A stretch of DNA of 60,018 nucleotides, filler included, from Sluysia triapertura (Eukaryota), in the NCBI GenBank assembly GCA_046118255.1. It is 4 parts of 4 records of this genome, joined end to end, with 100 filler letters (N's around TTAATTAATTAA, not from the genome) between each part and the next. Parts side by side here need not be neighbours in the genome. Positions count along the whole stretch, not along the records: positions 17,908 to 31,098 come from JBJNIA010053664.1; positions 31,199 to 46,070 come from JBJNIA010245874.1; 2 more parts are not named here. The stretch is one strand, 5' to 3'. The position numbers were made by a program, and so were the translations under genes. Positions 27,098-38,994 of the stretch are shown piece by piece. Each line of letters begins with the position of its first letter. Within the stretch, counting starts at the first letter, position 1. Under the pieces are notes generated by a model. It ran no database searches. It had not been told where the DNA came from and saw only the letters and a list, made by a program, of their open reading frames with translations.

Positions 27098-27880
27098 TCA
27101 TTGTAACATAGGGCAATCACCGACTGTAAAATAGCAGGAGCAATCATTATTTGTTTGGATAACCTTATATGTTCTGAACTTAACTATTCCCATTCGTAGC
27201 GCTAATTGCTTTGTTCCATTGTTCATTCTAAAAGAATCCACATCTACGATGAATTTCATATATGGTCCTAATATCTTTTTAATGCTGATAGAAATGTCCG
27301 AACAGTTGTCAATAACTGAATCCATTCGATCACCAGGAAACAATAGAATGAAATTTTTGTGAAGCAATTTATGAATTATGAAGGAATTTGTAATTGATTC
27401 TAAATTTGTTGATGTTATATAACAAAAATTTTTAGTTAGAAACATTTGATATAAACACATTTGTTCAGACGTATGAGATTTCTTAGACTTCACATGGCAA
27501 GCTGATGAACATCTATTCACTAAGCCAAAACTAATTTTACAACTGAAACTATCATGCGAATCGGCATTCCTTTCAATAATTGATGTTGTAATTCCTTCTT
27601 CTTTAGCAACTTTGTAGAGATAACGACCATCTTCTTTTTTCTTACACACACGTATTATTGTCTTATTATTAATAATAACTCCAAATTTGAAAACAGCACA
27701 TACTCCTTCTAATTGAAATATAAACGTGACTTCTTCGTCTTCTCCATCATTATTGAAGTAAATTAAATCTGAGGAACAAGTTGTGAGTAAATCATTTACT
27801 TTTATACAATTATTTACTGATTTTAATTCGAAATAATCGTTATAGTCCTCTAATGAAATTAGTCCACATGTTATAAGCAT
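27098..27880 (-). CDS. Intronless ORF with an N-terminal VIT (vault inter-alpha-trypsin) domain, VWA5A-like, and an unassigned C-terminal half; possibly decaying
   Basis: CGLI...LKSV...LIYFN...EVTFIFQL...AVFKF.V.INNKTI....KKKEDGR..Y..AKEEG....IIE..ADSHDSFSCKI follows the VWA5A-type VIT pattern recalled from memory (CGL...PLKS...LNYEN...EAFFVFP...AVYSFEA.V...I......K..A...Y..A...G...LLE...SRDVFSC.V). No VWA domain follows. The frame stays open 20 codons past the TGA. Confidence 0.75.
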   Translation of the reverse strand: MLITCGLISLEDYNDYFELKSVNNCIKVNDLLTTCSSDLIYFNNDGEDEEVTFIFQLEGVCAVFKFGVIINNKTIIRVCKKKEDGRYLYKVAKEEGITTSIIERNADSHDSFSCKISFGLVNRCSSACHVKSKKSHTSEQMCLYQMFLTKNFCYITSTNLESITNSFIIHKLLHKNFILLFPGDRMDSVIDNCSDISISIKKILGPYMKFIVDVDSFRMNNGTKQLALRMGIVKFRTYKVIQTNNDCSCYFTVGDCPMLQ

Positions 27881-27961
27881 TTTAGTTAGCCTTTGTCAAA
27901 ATTTTTTCTTATCAACAATTTTTTAATAATAATCTTTGATAATCCATTTTCTGTATCTGAG

Positions 27962-28229
27962 TGGCTGCCAAATCAAAACGCAAAAAGTAGATGATGTGAA
28001 TAGTTTTAATTTGGCAGTCATCCAAACACTGAGAAACAAAAATAGCAAATACATGTCATGAACTGTCATCAGTCGACAGTTAGTAAAATAACATTAAATG
28101 ATTTAAGATGCTTGTCGACTGATGGCAGGTTACTAATATTAAATTTTTGTGAACGCCGCAAATAGAACCACTATCAGTAGTGACACTAAATTGTTATTGT
28201 AAATAAATAATGTCGCCACTGGTAGTGGT
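27962..28229. other. Three-hairpin array of module C
   Basis: Arms 27962-27979/28003-28020 (16 of 18 Watson-Crick), 28063-28078/28113-28128 (15 of 16), 28167-28185/28211-28229 (16 of 19). Loops 23-34 nt. Confidence 0.9.
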
Positions 28230-29394
28230 AGTTACAAAGTTAGTAGTTTGATACAAATAAATAACAAATTAGTGTATAAATAAAACAAAATAATAAAATT
28301 GCTAATTAATTAAAAAAACAAATTTTTTAATTCTTTATGCTGAGAACACAATCTTTCTATTTATTTCTTTAGTTTCTTAACATATTAAAATTCTTGAGTT
28401 CTTGAACTTTTATTTCTTACATATTTAAAATTATCTTAATATAGCTGATTTTCTTAGTGTGGATGAGAATTGAAGAATTGTGAGCTTGTCGAGTTTCTTA
28501 GGTTGCTTATAGGGCTTATGTGCTTCTTAGGTTATGTGTTGCGAATGAACTGTTTTTTACGAAGTTTTTATTTATCACTTGTTACATCTGAAAGTGCCTG
28601 TGATTTCTGTGCGGTTATAATATGGATTTGAGAAGTTTTGAATTATTTTGAAGGTATAATTGTAATTCTGGTGTTGCGAGATGATGAATGAAATGTTTTA
28701 ACTGGGTTTTAATATGTATTAATGATCTGAACTTGAATGTAATTTTAATGTTGTGTTTTATATGAATTTTTAAATATAGTTTGACGTTTTTGAAAAAAAG
28801 TAAGGTTTGTTTGTAGAAGATTGGAACTTGAAAATGCATTGGATTCGTTTTAAATGTATATTTGATGGTTTTTAAGATATAAATTGTAGTTCTAATATTG
28901 TGAGATTATGAGTTAAAATGTCCTAAATGAAATTTAACTGTGTATTAATGATTTTAAACGCTAATCGATGTGATTATGAGTGAAAAGTTTTTTATGAATC
29001 TTTAAAATGTATATTGTAGATTCTGAAGGTGAATGTAGTTTGTAACAGTAATAGATTGGCCACCACAAATAATACTCTACAAATTCTAAACCTCACACCA
29101 AAATCATTTATAATAATATTGTAACTTTCGAACGAACTTTCCTTTCCCTCTGACCATCATTCACATCATTTTTATCATTACTACCCATATTATTTTTATA
29201 ATTTTATTATTCTATTATTCTTATTATTTTTTATTATTTTATTATTTTAATTATTTTATTATTATCTGATAGAAAATTTTAAAATAGTAATGCTATTGTT
29301 TTAATATCGTACATTACAATTATCATATGAAATTTTTAATTTGAAGATTTTTTAAACGCGTTTTATTGTATTATTTTTTGAGATATTTTTTATC

Positions 29395-30155
29395 AAATTT
29401 GAGTAAACGAAGATATATCCAAGGTCGCGGGATGCTGACTTTCGTGGACTTGTGTCCTGTCGCGAACAACGATATTAATAACAACAATCTTATACTGATA
29501 TTTTGTCCCACAATTGGCCAAGGTGATCCAGTGGATAATATGATACAGTTTTGGAAAAGTATTATGAATAGACATTATCCTAAAATACCAAATAAGTTTG
29601 CAATGTCTGGCTGTTTAGTTCTGTTTATATAGACGTCTACTACGGTTTGGTGGGTATAATATTACTCTTTTGTACTTGGGATATGAACCTCCGAGAAATG
29701 TCTTTTGTTCAATTTGAGAACTGCTCTGATTATGACTTGATGTAGTAATGATCTACCTATCTAATAGTAGATGTTCTACTGTTTCAATTTTCGAATCAAC
29801 TAATTTAAACCACAAAAGATCTTAACTATGTTTAGTCGTGATAAATATTTCAAATTTGCTAATTTAGCCAAAGATATTAATTCAATGTACGATCTATTAT
29901 CTTATGTACTCGATGTAAACATAATGCCAAATAAACTTTAAAAATTTAAACAGTCACATTAGTGATCCAATGAAAGGAGAATGTGTTGGAATTGATCGGT
30001 TTTGGGGATCAGGATGAGCTCTTCGAGTATTTCTATGTCCCAAAACATTCTGTAATTGAAGTTACACAAACTTCTCTCAAGCCACACGCACATTTGGCAT
30101 TGAAGTACGGGTAAATATAATCCTATTTACACCCCGAGAATATTCCAATTTCTAA
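29395..30155 (+). pseudogene. NDOR1: NADPH-dependent diflavin oxidoreductase 1 pseudogene fragments
   Basis: LILIFCPTIGQGDPVDNMIQFWKSIM (compare [25 protein letters not shown]); then SRDKYFKFANLAK near 29835 (compare GDSSYAKFNFVAK); then KENVLELIGFGDQDELFEYFYVPKHSVIEV near 29975-30065 (compare REKLLEF...GQEELFEYC.RPRRTILEV) and TPREYS near 30130. Stops, frameshifts and a large internal deletion. Confidence 0.8.
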
Positions 30156-30294
30156 CATAACACTAGACATATTAGTTTCAAAGTTTCAGATTAAAACTAA
30201 AACCATGTACCGGACAAAAGGATCAAATCAAATTATGATAAAAATCAAATTATCATATTTATGTAATTTTCTGATATGTTTAATATCTTATAAT

Positions 30295-30395
30295 CATTAT
30301 AAAATTTTTAGTTGTTGTGAAATAGATAAAAGAAGTTTTTATTTTCTTATTTGTTGTTCATTTAAAGAATTAATCTTAGGCCTTAAGCCTACCGT
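30295..30395. repeat. Dispersed repeat family R3 (TTAA.CTTAGGCCTTAAGCCTA); inverted copy at about 40825-40925
   Basis: TTAATCTTAGGCCTTAAGCCTA at 30370-30391 versus TAGGCTTAAGGCCTAAGGTTAA at 40826-40847, with collinear flanks. Confidence 0.6.
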
Positions 30396-31098
30396 TCATT
30401 CCCAGTACGGACCGTAATTCCCATTTAGCAGATTAATTGTAATTAATTTAAATAATTTCTTTTTATTACGAATTCTTCAATTAATAAAACATCCACCAAA
30501 TCCTAATGCTTCACAAACGATAGAATTTTATGATATGAAAAAAATATTATAATTTTATTATTATTATTATTAGTATTATTATTGTTAGAATTATAATTTA
30601 ACATTGTAATTATACATTGTATTTACATTTGTTTTATTTATTAATTTATTTTTATTATAGAAAATAAAATATTTGAAAAAATAAACAAAATTATGAAAAT
30701 AGAATTAAGAATTATTTTAAAAAATTAATAAATTAATAAAATAAAATTGTAAATTAAAATTAATTGAAAAATATAATTATTAGGAAATATTGTTGCGTCT
30801 TTAAAGCTTATCAAATATCAAATTCACTATTAAAATCTTATTCAGCTAAAATCCCAATAGTTTCAATAGCTAGTATACTGAATTTAATTTTCTTATGTTC
30901 TACCTTTTTAATTATAACGAAAACTATTATCCCAATTCAAATACTTAAAATCAAAACCAAAACTAAATCGATATTGTATTCTTTAAACAAAAATTCGTAA
31001 TACAACTTGTTAGAAATGTAGGTCTCTACTAAAAGTTGATAATTACTCAAATGACAGAATGAGAACGATGTTTATACTAAATTAAAAATACTACAATC

Positions 31099-31198
31099 NN
31101 NNNNNNNNNNNNNNNNNNNNNNNNNNNNNNNNNNNNNNNNNNTTAATTAATTAANNNNNNNNNNNNNNNNNNNNNNNNNNNNNNNNNNNNNNNNNNNN
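31099..31198. other. Artificial contig spacer
   Basis: 44 N + TTAATTAATTAA + 44 N. Confidence 0.97.
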
Positions 31199-31214
31199 AT
31201 TAGGAGAAGGGATG

Positions 31215-31266
<52 letters not shown>
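31215..31266. repeat. (ATT)n microsatellite
   Basis: Uninterrupted ATT run beside the contig end. Confidence 0.95.
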
Positions 31267-31267
<1 letters not shown>

Positions 31268-31799
31268 AATATATAAAATGTATTAAATATTAAAAAACAA
31301 AAATATAAAAATATAATTAAGAAAATTAATTTTGTTTTAAAATTATTAAATTAATTTTAGGAATAAAAAAATACTTTAAAAATATTTTAGAAATAAAGAA
31401 GATAAAGGAAACAATTATTTAAGAAGTTTTGAAGAAAATAAAGAAAATAATTAAAATATTTAGGTAAGTGAAAACAATCTAATATAAATGGATTAGGAAT
31501 TGGCGAATAAATTACAATTGCAACAACCACAACAAAAGTTTTAGAATAATTTTATCAAGATTCCTGAGCTTCATTATGAATCAAATTCTTCCATGATAGC
31601 GGGAATACTAAAATCCGACTTAAACTTTTATTTATTTTCTGTACCAACACCTTAAATAGGGTTGGGTAATATATACCTAAAATCTTAATAATCAATTACG
31701 TATTGAATTATAACTAACTTTACTATCGTTATTATATTTGTTTACACTCTGTATCATAGTTTTTAGTTTGAAACGTCAATTAATATGTAAAGAATAAAA

Positions 31800-32420
31800 G
31801 AATAAAATTCAAATGATAATTTCGAATAAATAATTGTAATTATAATATAATTATACTTGTAAATAATAAATAATTCTTCTAAAAGTATAATTGTAAATAA
31901 TAAAATTTTTATAAAAGTTCTTTTAGAATTATAATTGTAGATAATAATAAAAATTTTTTAAATCTGTAAATAATAAAATTTTTTAATTTATTTTTCGAAT
32001 AAATTTAGTTTATAATATCAAAGGATGTTTATATGATTTTCGAATAAATTAATTTTATAATTGAAGGATGTTTATGTGAATATTATTATCGGATATTTAT
32101 ATTTTTAAGTTTGAATTATTTATGCGATTTAATCGGATGTTTATTATTCATTTTATGTAATTTAATTTCACCATCGGATACTTATTATCGGATATTTATA
32201 ATTATTTATGTAAATTAATTTCAACAAAGGATATTTATATTTTTCGTAATATAACTTAACAAATAAAGCGAGTATAAAAGACGTGAAACGTTCAGGTTGC
32301 AAGGAATTTTTTGGATACAACGAGTTCAATTTTCATATTTTGGTACAAATTATAAATTTGGAGAAGACTATTAATTATTTGGATACGACCAGCCCAATTT
32401 TCATATTTTGGTACAAAGTA
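31800..32420. repeat. Degenerate minisatellite region
   Basis: Recurrent TTGTAAATAATAAA units (31830-31980) and GGAT(G/A)TTTAT units (32020-32240), plus a duplicated TTGGATAC...CAATTTTCATATTTTGGTACAAA (about 32310 and 32380). Confidence 0.65.
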
Positions 32421-34569
32421 TAGATTCGGAAAATATATTTTGGTTCAAATCGAAATTATCTTCAATTGGTGTCCACTGCGTTCATTTGGTTCAGCTACAT
32501 CTGATAGGAAATTGGAATACGAATCTATTTGAAATTTTTAGTAAGCTTTATTTGTTAAGTTACCGACCATATTATTTGGTCTTAAAATACACTTAAATTT
32601 TCTCATAATATTTTCTAAGTAAACCCAAAGGTACCCTCTGGGTCAAAATCGACTAAAAATTTAAAGTTTATACAATTATTATATATCTTTATTAATTTGT
32701 GTCATTTATTCTGTTTATCACATCCAAGTTACTGATTATACATTTTATCTAAATTATTGTCATATTTTTGCGTTTAACATTATATTTAGTAATAAAAATT
32801 TAAGATTTGATTTTTTTGTTGATTAAATTTTAGTAACAATTTAAATTAAGGAATCAAATTAGATCATTCAAGGCAAAGTTTATTTTTAATTGAAGAATAT
32901 TTTACATTTTTGTTACATTGAATTTATATCTTCGTTCTATTAAATTTAATTTACATTTTGCTATATTTTTAACAATAAATTTTAAAAGACAAATTTTAAT
33001 TCTGTGTATTAAAACGTTATAAGATAAAAGTTAGATTTTACTGATAGAATTGAAATTAAGGAGTTCAAAAAATAATTTAACAAGAAGTCATTTGAGTAAA
33101 TAATTTAAGTTTTCTCGATACAGTTTAGAGATATAAATTTATAGTACAACATAGATATAGTTATAAAAAGGTTAAAGAAAGTTAAAGAAATTTTTATATT
33201 TAAGTATTAACAAAGAATAGAACAAAGTTTAATATTAAAAAGATAAAAGAGATTATATCAAAAGTGTAACATAATTATATAACGAACCATTTCCTTGAGT
33301 ACATTAAAAGAATAATCGGATTAAAGTGCAACCGTTGTCATATACATACAAAACATAAAATAGTCAGTGTCTACCTCTTTCGTTCATTTGACAAAGCTTT
33401 AAAATCCTACGCATTCGTCCATTTTTTGATAAATCGATTGACGTAGGCGGACCCAAAATCTAAAATTATTAATTTTATAATTGTTCGACAAGTTAAGGGA
33501 AAACAGAACAATTGTAATATTTAAAAATAATAGCTTAAAAACTTTAATGCTTAAAATATAAATGAAAATGGAAATTTATTTAGTGATTTTATGTCGATTC
33601 CGTTATATGGAATCGTTAAGACAGATTTTATTTGCTAGAATTAAATTCTAGCTTCTTGAAAGCAAAGGTAATTAAATGTTAACAAATTTTAAAACTATAC
33701 AATTTATCAGTAATAATATTAATAAATTACGGAACTATTTTAGTTAGTTAACTAATAAAATAATTTTAAAAATATATTTTACCAAGGATCCAATATATGA
33801 TCCAAATGAATTAACTGAATTTACGTAGATTTTGATTGTGATATTTTAGAAAATATCGATCTTATTTTAATTAAACTAAGGTGATTGCTAATAAAATATT
33901 CAGATTAAATTCGATATATATTCCAAATAGTTGTTACCAAGATTTTGCTCCGCTCGAAAATTTAAAAATTTTTTTTCTTGCGTGTTTTGTGATAATTGTT
34001 AAAGTTTATAAAGTTGTTTTAGTCCGACCTTGGTCAGACTAAAACAAACCGAAAAATAATTTAAATAATTTAAAATAATTGAAATCACGTTGAGTTAAAT
34101 TGAATTATTAAATCAGATTAAAATAAATTAAATTAACTTAAAATAAATTACATTAAATTAAAATAAAATCTCACTTTATCCAAAATGAAAATTGAAATAA
34201 AATAAAATATTACATAGACATGTTATCCAAAATCAAAATTCAAAATTGAAATAAAATAAAATATTATATAAATCAAAAAACAATAGATAATTATATGTTG
34301 AAATCAAAATTTATAATTGTGTCATGAGAAATCAATTAGTTATTTACATCATAGTTGTTTGTGTCATGAAAAATCAATTAGATGTTTACAATAATATATA
34401 GAAACCATAAAGTCTGTAACCGTATTTATTGATAAATATATAAAGTAATATCTAAAAATTCATTTACCAAAAATAAAACCTGAATATCGACCTAAATATA
34501 TTTAATTACCTACAGTTTAACTTTCAATATTAGTTGTAAAGGCATTTATTTGAAACTTTTCACAAAATA

Positions 34570-34671
34570 CACCTATCTCCCGATTTACACGGTAGATAAA
34601 TTAAAAATTTTCAAATGCGATAATAACAAAAAAAACTTATTTGGAAAACCGTGTAAATCGGGGGATAGGTG
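34570..34671. mobile_element. 102-bp Tc1/mariner-superfamily (pogo/Tigger-like) MITE
   Basis: 24-bp terminal inverted repeats CACCTATCTCCCGATTTACACGGT / ACCGTGTAAATCGGGGGATAGGTG (one mismatch), with TA on both sides (34568-34569, 34672-34673). Confidence 0.85.
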
Positions 34672-36192
34672 TAATATACTTCAAAGATATTAATTATGTT
34701 TATTGGAACTTATTAATTCTGGAGTTGTACACAAGTAGTATTATCAAGATTTCGTTTATTTGTTTAAACATATGGATTTTTGTTTCCATGTGTGAATTTA
34801 TTTTTGATTATAAATATTGTTATTAATTTTTTATTTATATTTTAAAACCTGTTAATCTGATTTTTAGTTTTAGTTTTCCTCTATCTTTTATTTTATTATT
34901 TACTACTGACTTTTTATTCTATTCCTTAAATTCGATTTTTTAAAATTAATCTGAAGGTTGAAGCCTCTATTCGACTCAGATGTACGAGATGCAAGTGCCA
35001 TAGTCATTTTATGAATTTAAAATATCAAACTTTCTCTTTTTCTAAACTTAATCGATATAAAACACAAAACTGTATAATAACAAAAGAGTACCACCTAATT
35101 TTGATGATTATTTTGAACACTATTCATAAATTTATTGTTGAATTCTCTTTCTCGATTAAATTAACTGTATTTCAAAGTTATACTTCAAGAAACCTAACAG
35201 TGGTCTTCAATAAAATTGCTGCAAATCTTCAATGAATCCGATAATAATTGTAGTACAATAGTGCAATTTATATATAGTATTTGCAATAATAAATTCCTGC
35301 ACTATTTATTTCCATAATTCCAATATTAATTTACTTATACTATAAATTTAATTGCATAATAATTATTTCAATAATAAAAAAATTCTATAATTAATATTTA
35401 TTTCAATAATTTTAATTTTGCTGTGCTATAAACATCAATCGTAATAAATTCTAGTTATTTTATAATAACTATTCTATTCAATAAATTCTACAGTAATTAT
35501 TTATACTATGAATTTAATTTTTTTAAAGTAATTTAATTTATTTAAGTAATTTTTTAATTTAATATTAGTTTATAATTAGTTTTTTTTGAATGTTTTATTT
35601 TTGATTTTAATTTTTATAAATTTTATTTTATAATATCATTGTTCTCAATTAATTATGAATGCATTTTCATTCTTGTTTTAAACTTTTTCATTTTAATAAT
35701 TGCATACAATTCGCAGATAAAGACCAACTCAATAAGCAGATGAAATTTAAAAAAAGTAATACAGTTATTTAATTTGCAATGAATGTCTGAGAAATTAAAT
35801 GCTAAAGAAACATCATAATTAGCATTTTGTGAATTAGTAATTTTATCATTTTTACAAGTTATAAATAATAATATTCATATTTATTAATATCATTTGCAAT
35901 AAAATGTAATTTATTATTTTAAAATACAATTATTCATATTTTATACTAACTTATTATTTAATTTATAATACATTTGGGATCAAAATTTGACTGAAATTAT
36001 GTTAACTTGTAAAGTTATACAATTATATAATTGGAGAATAGAATCAACAAATGAAAATTGAGATTATTGCAGTTCTAAATAAACTTAGTATAAGATGGAT
36101 CGTTACTATAGAGCATATATAAATAATAATAATAATAATAATAACAATAATAATAAAAATTATTGATTATTTTAATTTCATAATCTATTTAG

Positions 36193-37149
36193 GATCTACT
36201 AATGAAACGTATGGTTTTAATAGTGATAATATAATACACTATCCATGTTACGGTTACAATCCATTGCTGTTAAATTTTGGTAGTAGTCGCCGTTGTTCAG
36301 ACTTTATAACTTCTATGTCAAATGCCGGTTACAGTATCAACAAAAATAATATTAAACCAACTGATTTTACAGATACATTAAATAAACCATTTTTAATTTC
36401 ATCTACTGATCCTACTGGATTAACTGGTTCTGAAACTATGAAATCGGGTGGTAATACAGTAGCTCAAGTTAGTATCCTTCATAATTCTCAGGATAGTTTT
36501 CATACCCTTCCGCACAATACTACTACCATTATCCCATCACCACCATTGCCTACACCACGCGTTCAAGGTTCAGCGGCACGTTCAAATCGTGCTTTGCGTC
36601 ATTTTCATACTACTATGTCATTTGAAATAGATGCACCACTTGTTTCTCTTATATCTTCCACATCATCTGGATCCAGTGCAACTGCTATTAACAATGGAAG
36701 TAATAATACACTTTACAACCGACGACCATCTAGATCTCTTGAATTTCCACCTTTACAATTTGCAGAAGAAACTCGCCAAGATACTATTCCAGAAACAGTA
36801 GTAGAACAATTAGAATATCCATCACCATGCAAAGCCGCCTTTTCTGCTATTGCAAATGGTGACTTGGATAGCAACAATAATATAGCGAGTAGTGTTATAG
36901 TTGGTAGTAGTGTAAGTCGAATTAATCCTACTAACACCAAACCATCATTGAGTCGATCTAGAAGACGATGGCCAAGTTTAAAATCTAAATTTGGTAATCG
37001 TTTTAATTCAGTTTCTAAATACGATAATATTCAATATTCAACACCATTAATCCATCATATTCAGTCGCTTAATAATGACGATATTGCAGGTGTACAATCG
37101 ATTTCGAATATCGACGTTAACGCTTCTATTTCTTGTGTTAACAATAATG

Positions 37150-37215
<66 letters not shown>

Positions 37216-37531
37216 GTGTATCCAGAGTTATACATCTTTCTAAACAACAGCAGCAACAGCAACTACAAATGGCTCAATCGATAGCAGCTCATGATGATCC
37301 TGGTGGTGGCTTGATAGTTAACACTGATGATTCATTAGATAAAGATGATTTATCTGACTTGACCAAACCACGTGCCTCGAGCTATTTGAAAGAACAATTC
37401 TTTTCTTTCTTTCAACCATCTGACAATAAATTAGCATTGAAATTGTTTGGCAATAAAAATGCTGTAAATAAAGAAAAACGTAGACAACAGCAACAAGGTA
37501 AACTCGTTATACATCCATGCAGTAATTTCAG
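36193..37531 (+). CDS. HCN: Hyperpolarization-activated cyclic nucleotide-gated (HCN/Ih) channel, N-terminal exon
   Basis: Ends YLKEQFFSFFQPSDNKLALKLFGNKNAVNKEKRRQQQQGKLVIHPCSNFR, the HCN domain just before S1, then AG|GTAAG at 37531/37532, the intron position after FR known from other HCN genes. TTTAG acceptor at 36191-36192; first in-frame ATG at 36315. No further exons recognised in the window. Confidence 0.92.
37137..37214 (+). repeat. Coding (AAT)n microsatellite giving poly-Asn in the HCN N-terminus
   Basis: Translates as NNND followed by about 21 Asn, in frame. Confidence 0.95.
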
Positions 37532-38384
37532 GTAAGAGTTTTTCTATTGCTATGATTACAGTGAAATGATTTCTTTCAGAAGAAATCGATATAGATTAAT
37601 AAAAAAGTTATTATTTAAATATTTTAACTACTAAATTATTTAAATATCTTCATATTGTTTAATATTTTTAATTTAATACTTTGGTATTTGAGTTTAGTAG
37701 TTGTATTTGCGACTTTTATTTCGAAAAATGTATTTTTGGAATTATTTCAATACTTAAAGCATCTTAAAACTTAATCGAAATACAATTTAAATTAGTAAAA
37801 GCAATTTTTAATTTAGCAAATCTATATTTATTATGCTAAATAGACTAAATAATATTAAATTATATTTATTATTTGTGTACATATTGAAATATTTACATAC
37901 AATGAATATAATTGTTTATATTTATAATAGAAAACTGTTTTATTAAATAATTTTATTTTTTAAATCTATTTTTGTATATTTAAAAATGTAAACTTATTGC
38001 ATTTAAAATTAATGTCATAAAAATATGCATCTGAAAATTAGATTAAATTGATTTTCAATTTAACATTTAGATTTCTTTTTTAAAGATAGAGGCAAGTAGT
38101 CCAAAAAATTGTTTATTTACATACGAAGAATATTCTAATATTTTTTTAATTATAGATTTGAACATAAATAATCACACCATGCACAAAGTAGAACAAAGAG
38201 TTAATCAATAATTATGATAAAATGAAACTTCATAGATTATTTATCATTGGTTATGTTTATTCAATTTTAATTATTATTTTCATAATATGAAATGTGTCAC
38301 TAATCGAATTAATTTGAATATTTCAATTTCAATCGTCAAACTTTTAAGTGTGGAAAAGTTTTTAATTCATGTGCTTTGTTTTTC

Positions 38385-38530
38385 TTAACTCTTAACCTAC
38401 GGCGGAATAAAATTGAGCAGGATCCGGTTACAGTAAACGACTTATGACACATAGATGGCGTTCCTGCAACTATCAATTGACAAATCTTAACGTAATTAAT
38501 AGTTAGAGGGTTCTAATATCAACAATTTAA
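38385..38530 (+). repeat. Dispersed repeat family R2, copy 2
   Basis: AACCTACGGCGGAATAAAATTGAGCAGGATCCGGTTACAGTAAACGACTT...TAGAGGGT. Confidence 0.7.
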
Positions 38531-38994
38531 ATATATTGTTCAATCTAATCTGTTCTACAAATTAAGTCAATCATAATTCAACAAATAACACTCGAAAATT
38601 TATTAAATAAAATTATGTTCAAATATCAAATGTAGCAAAAGTATAAAAATATAAAAAGGACTTATTTTATAATTAAAACCTTTTCATATCTTTAATTTAA
38701 ATACTTCAGAATTTAAATATATATTTTACCCTCACTAAATTGGGGTAACAAGAAAATAAAAATGATTCTACCTAATATTTTATTATTTTGATCACGAAGA
38801 TCAAAACTACTTTACAATAATAACTTACTAATTTAATGGAAATTGTGAAATCTTTCATTGAATAGATGGAACATTTAGTTAAAATTCACCATTTAGCATA
38901 ATAATATTTATTAATAAAACAAGATGGCGCCTATTCGCTTTGTCCAAATAAATAAAAAGTTTTTATTTTTATAACGAAATTAAAATGAGATTCT

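Larger units (their letters stand above)
26770..29067 (-). mobile_element. Solo LTR-like cargo module (copy C): leader, three hairpins, VIT-domain ORF, AATAAA...ACA end
   Basis: Starts TGTGGTGGCCAA at 29067 (compare TGTAGTGGCCAA at 49327). Block 28346-28392 aligns with 48549-48597 and 55550-55595. Hairpins at 27962-28229. Candidate end AATAAAGTT...TTATTTTGTGTTTTATCCAATATAACA resembles the end of copy A. The far boundary is inferred and no target-site duplication was found. Confidence 0.6.

Noticed and set aside
27962-28229. Hairpin array as a CRISPR array or integron attC sites
   Set aside because: Units are not identical direct repeats, the context is eukaryotic, and no cas or tyrosine-recombinase gene is present.
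31360-31463. Candidate upstream non-coding exon of HCN ending TAG|GTAAGT
   Set aside because: It has a good donor sequence but nothing else supports it; transcript data are needed.
28615-35235. Scattered 60-80 aa ORFs rich in I/K/N/F/L (28615, 30205, 30764, 32408, 34641, 35011)
   Set aside because: Their composition is what AT-rich non-coding DNA yields by chance, and they show no motifs or splice structure.
37047-37284. Poly-Ile ORFs on both strands
   Set aside because: They are alternative frames of the (AAT)n tract within the HCN exon.
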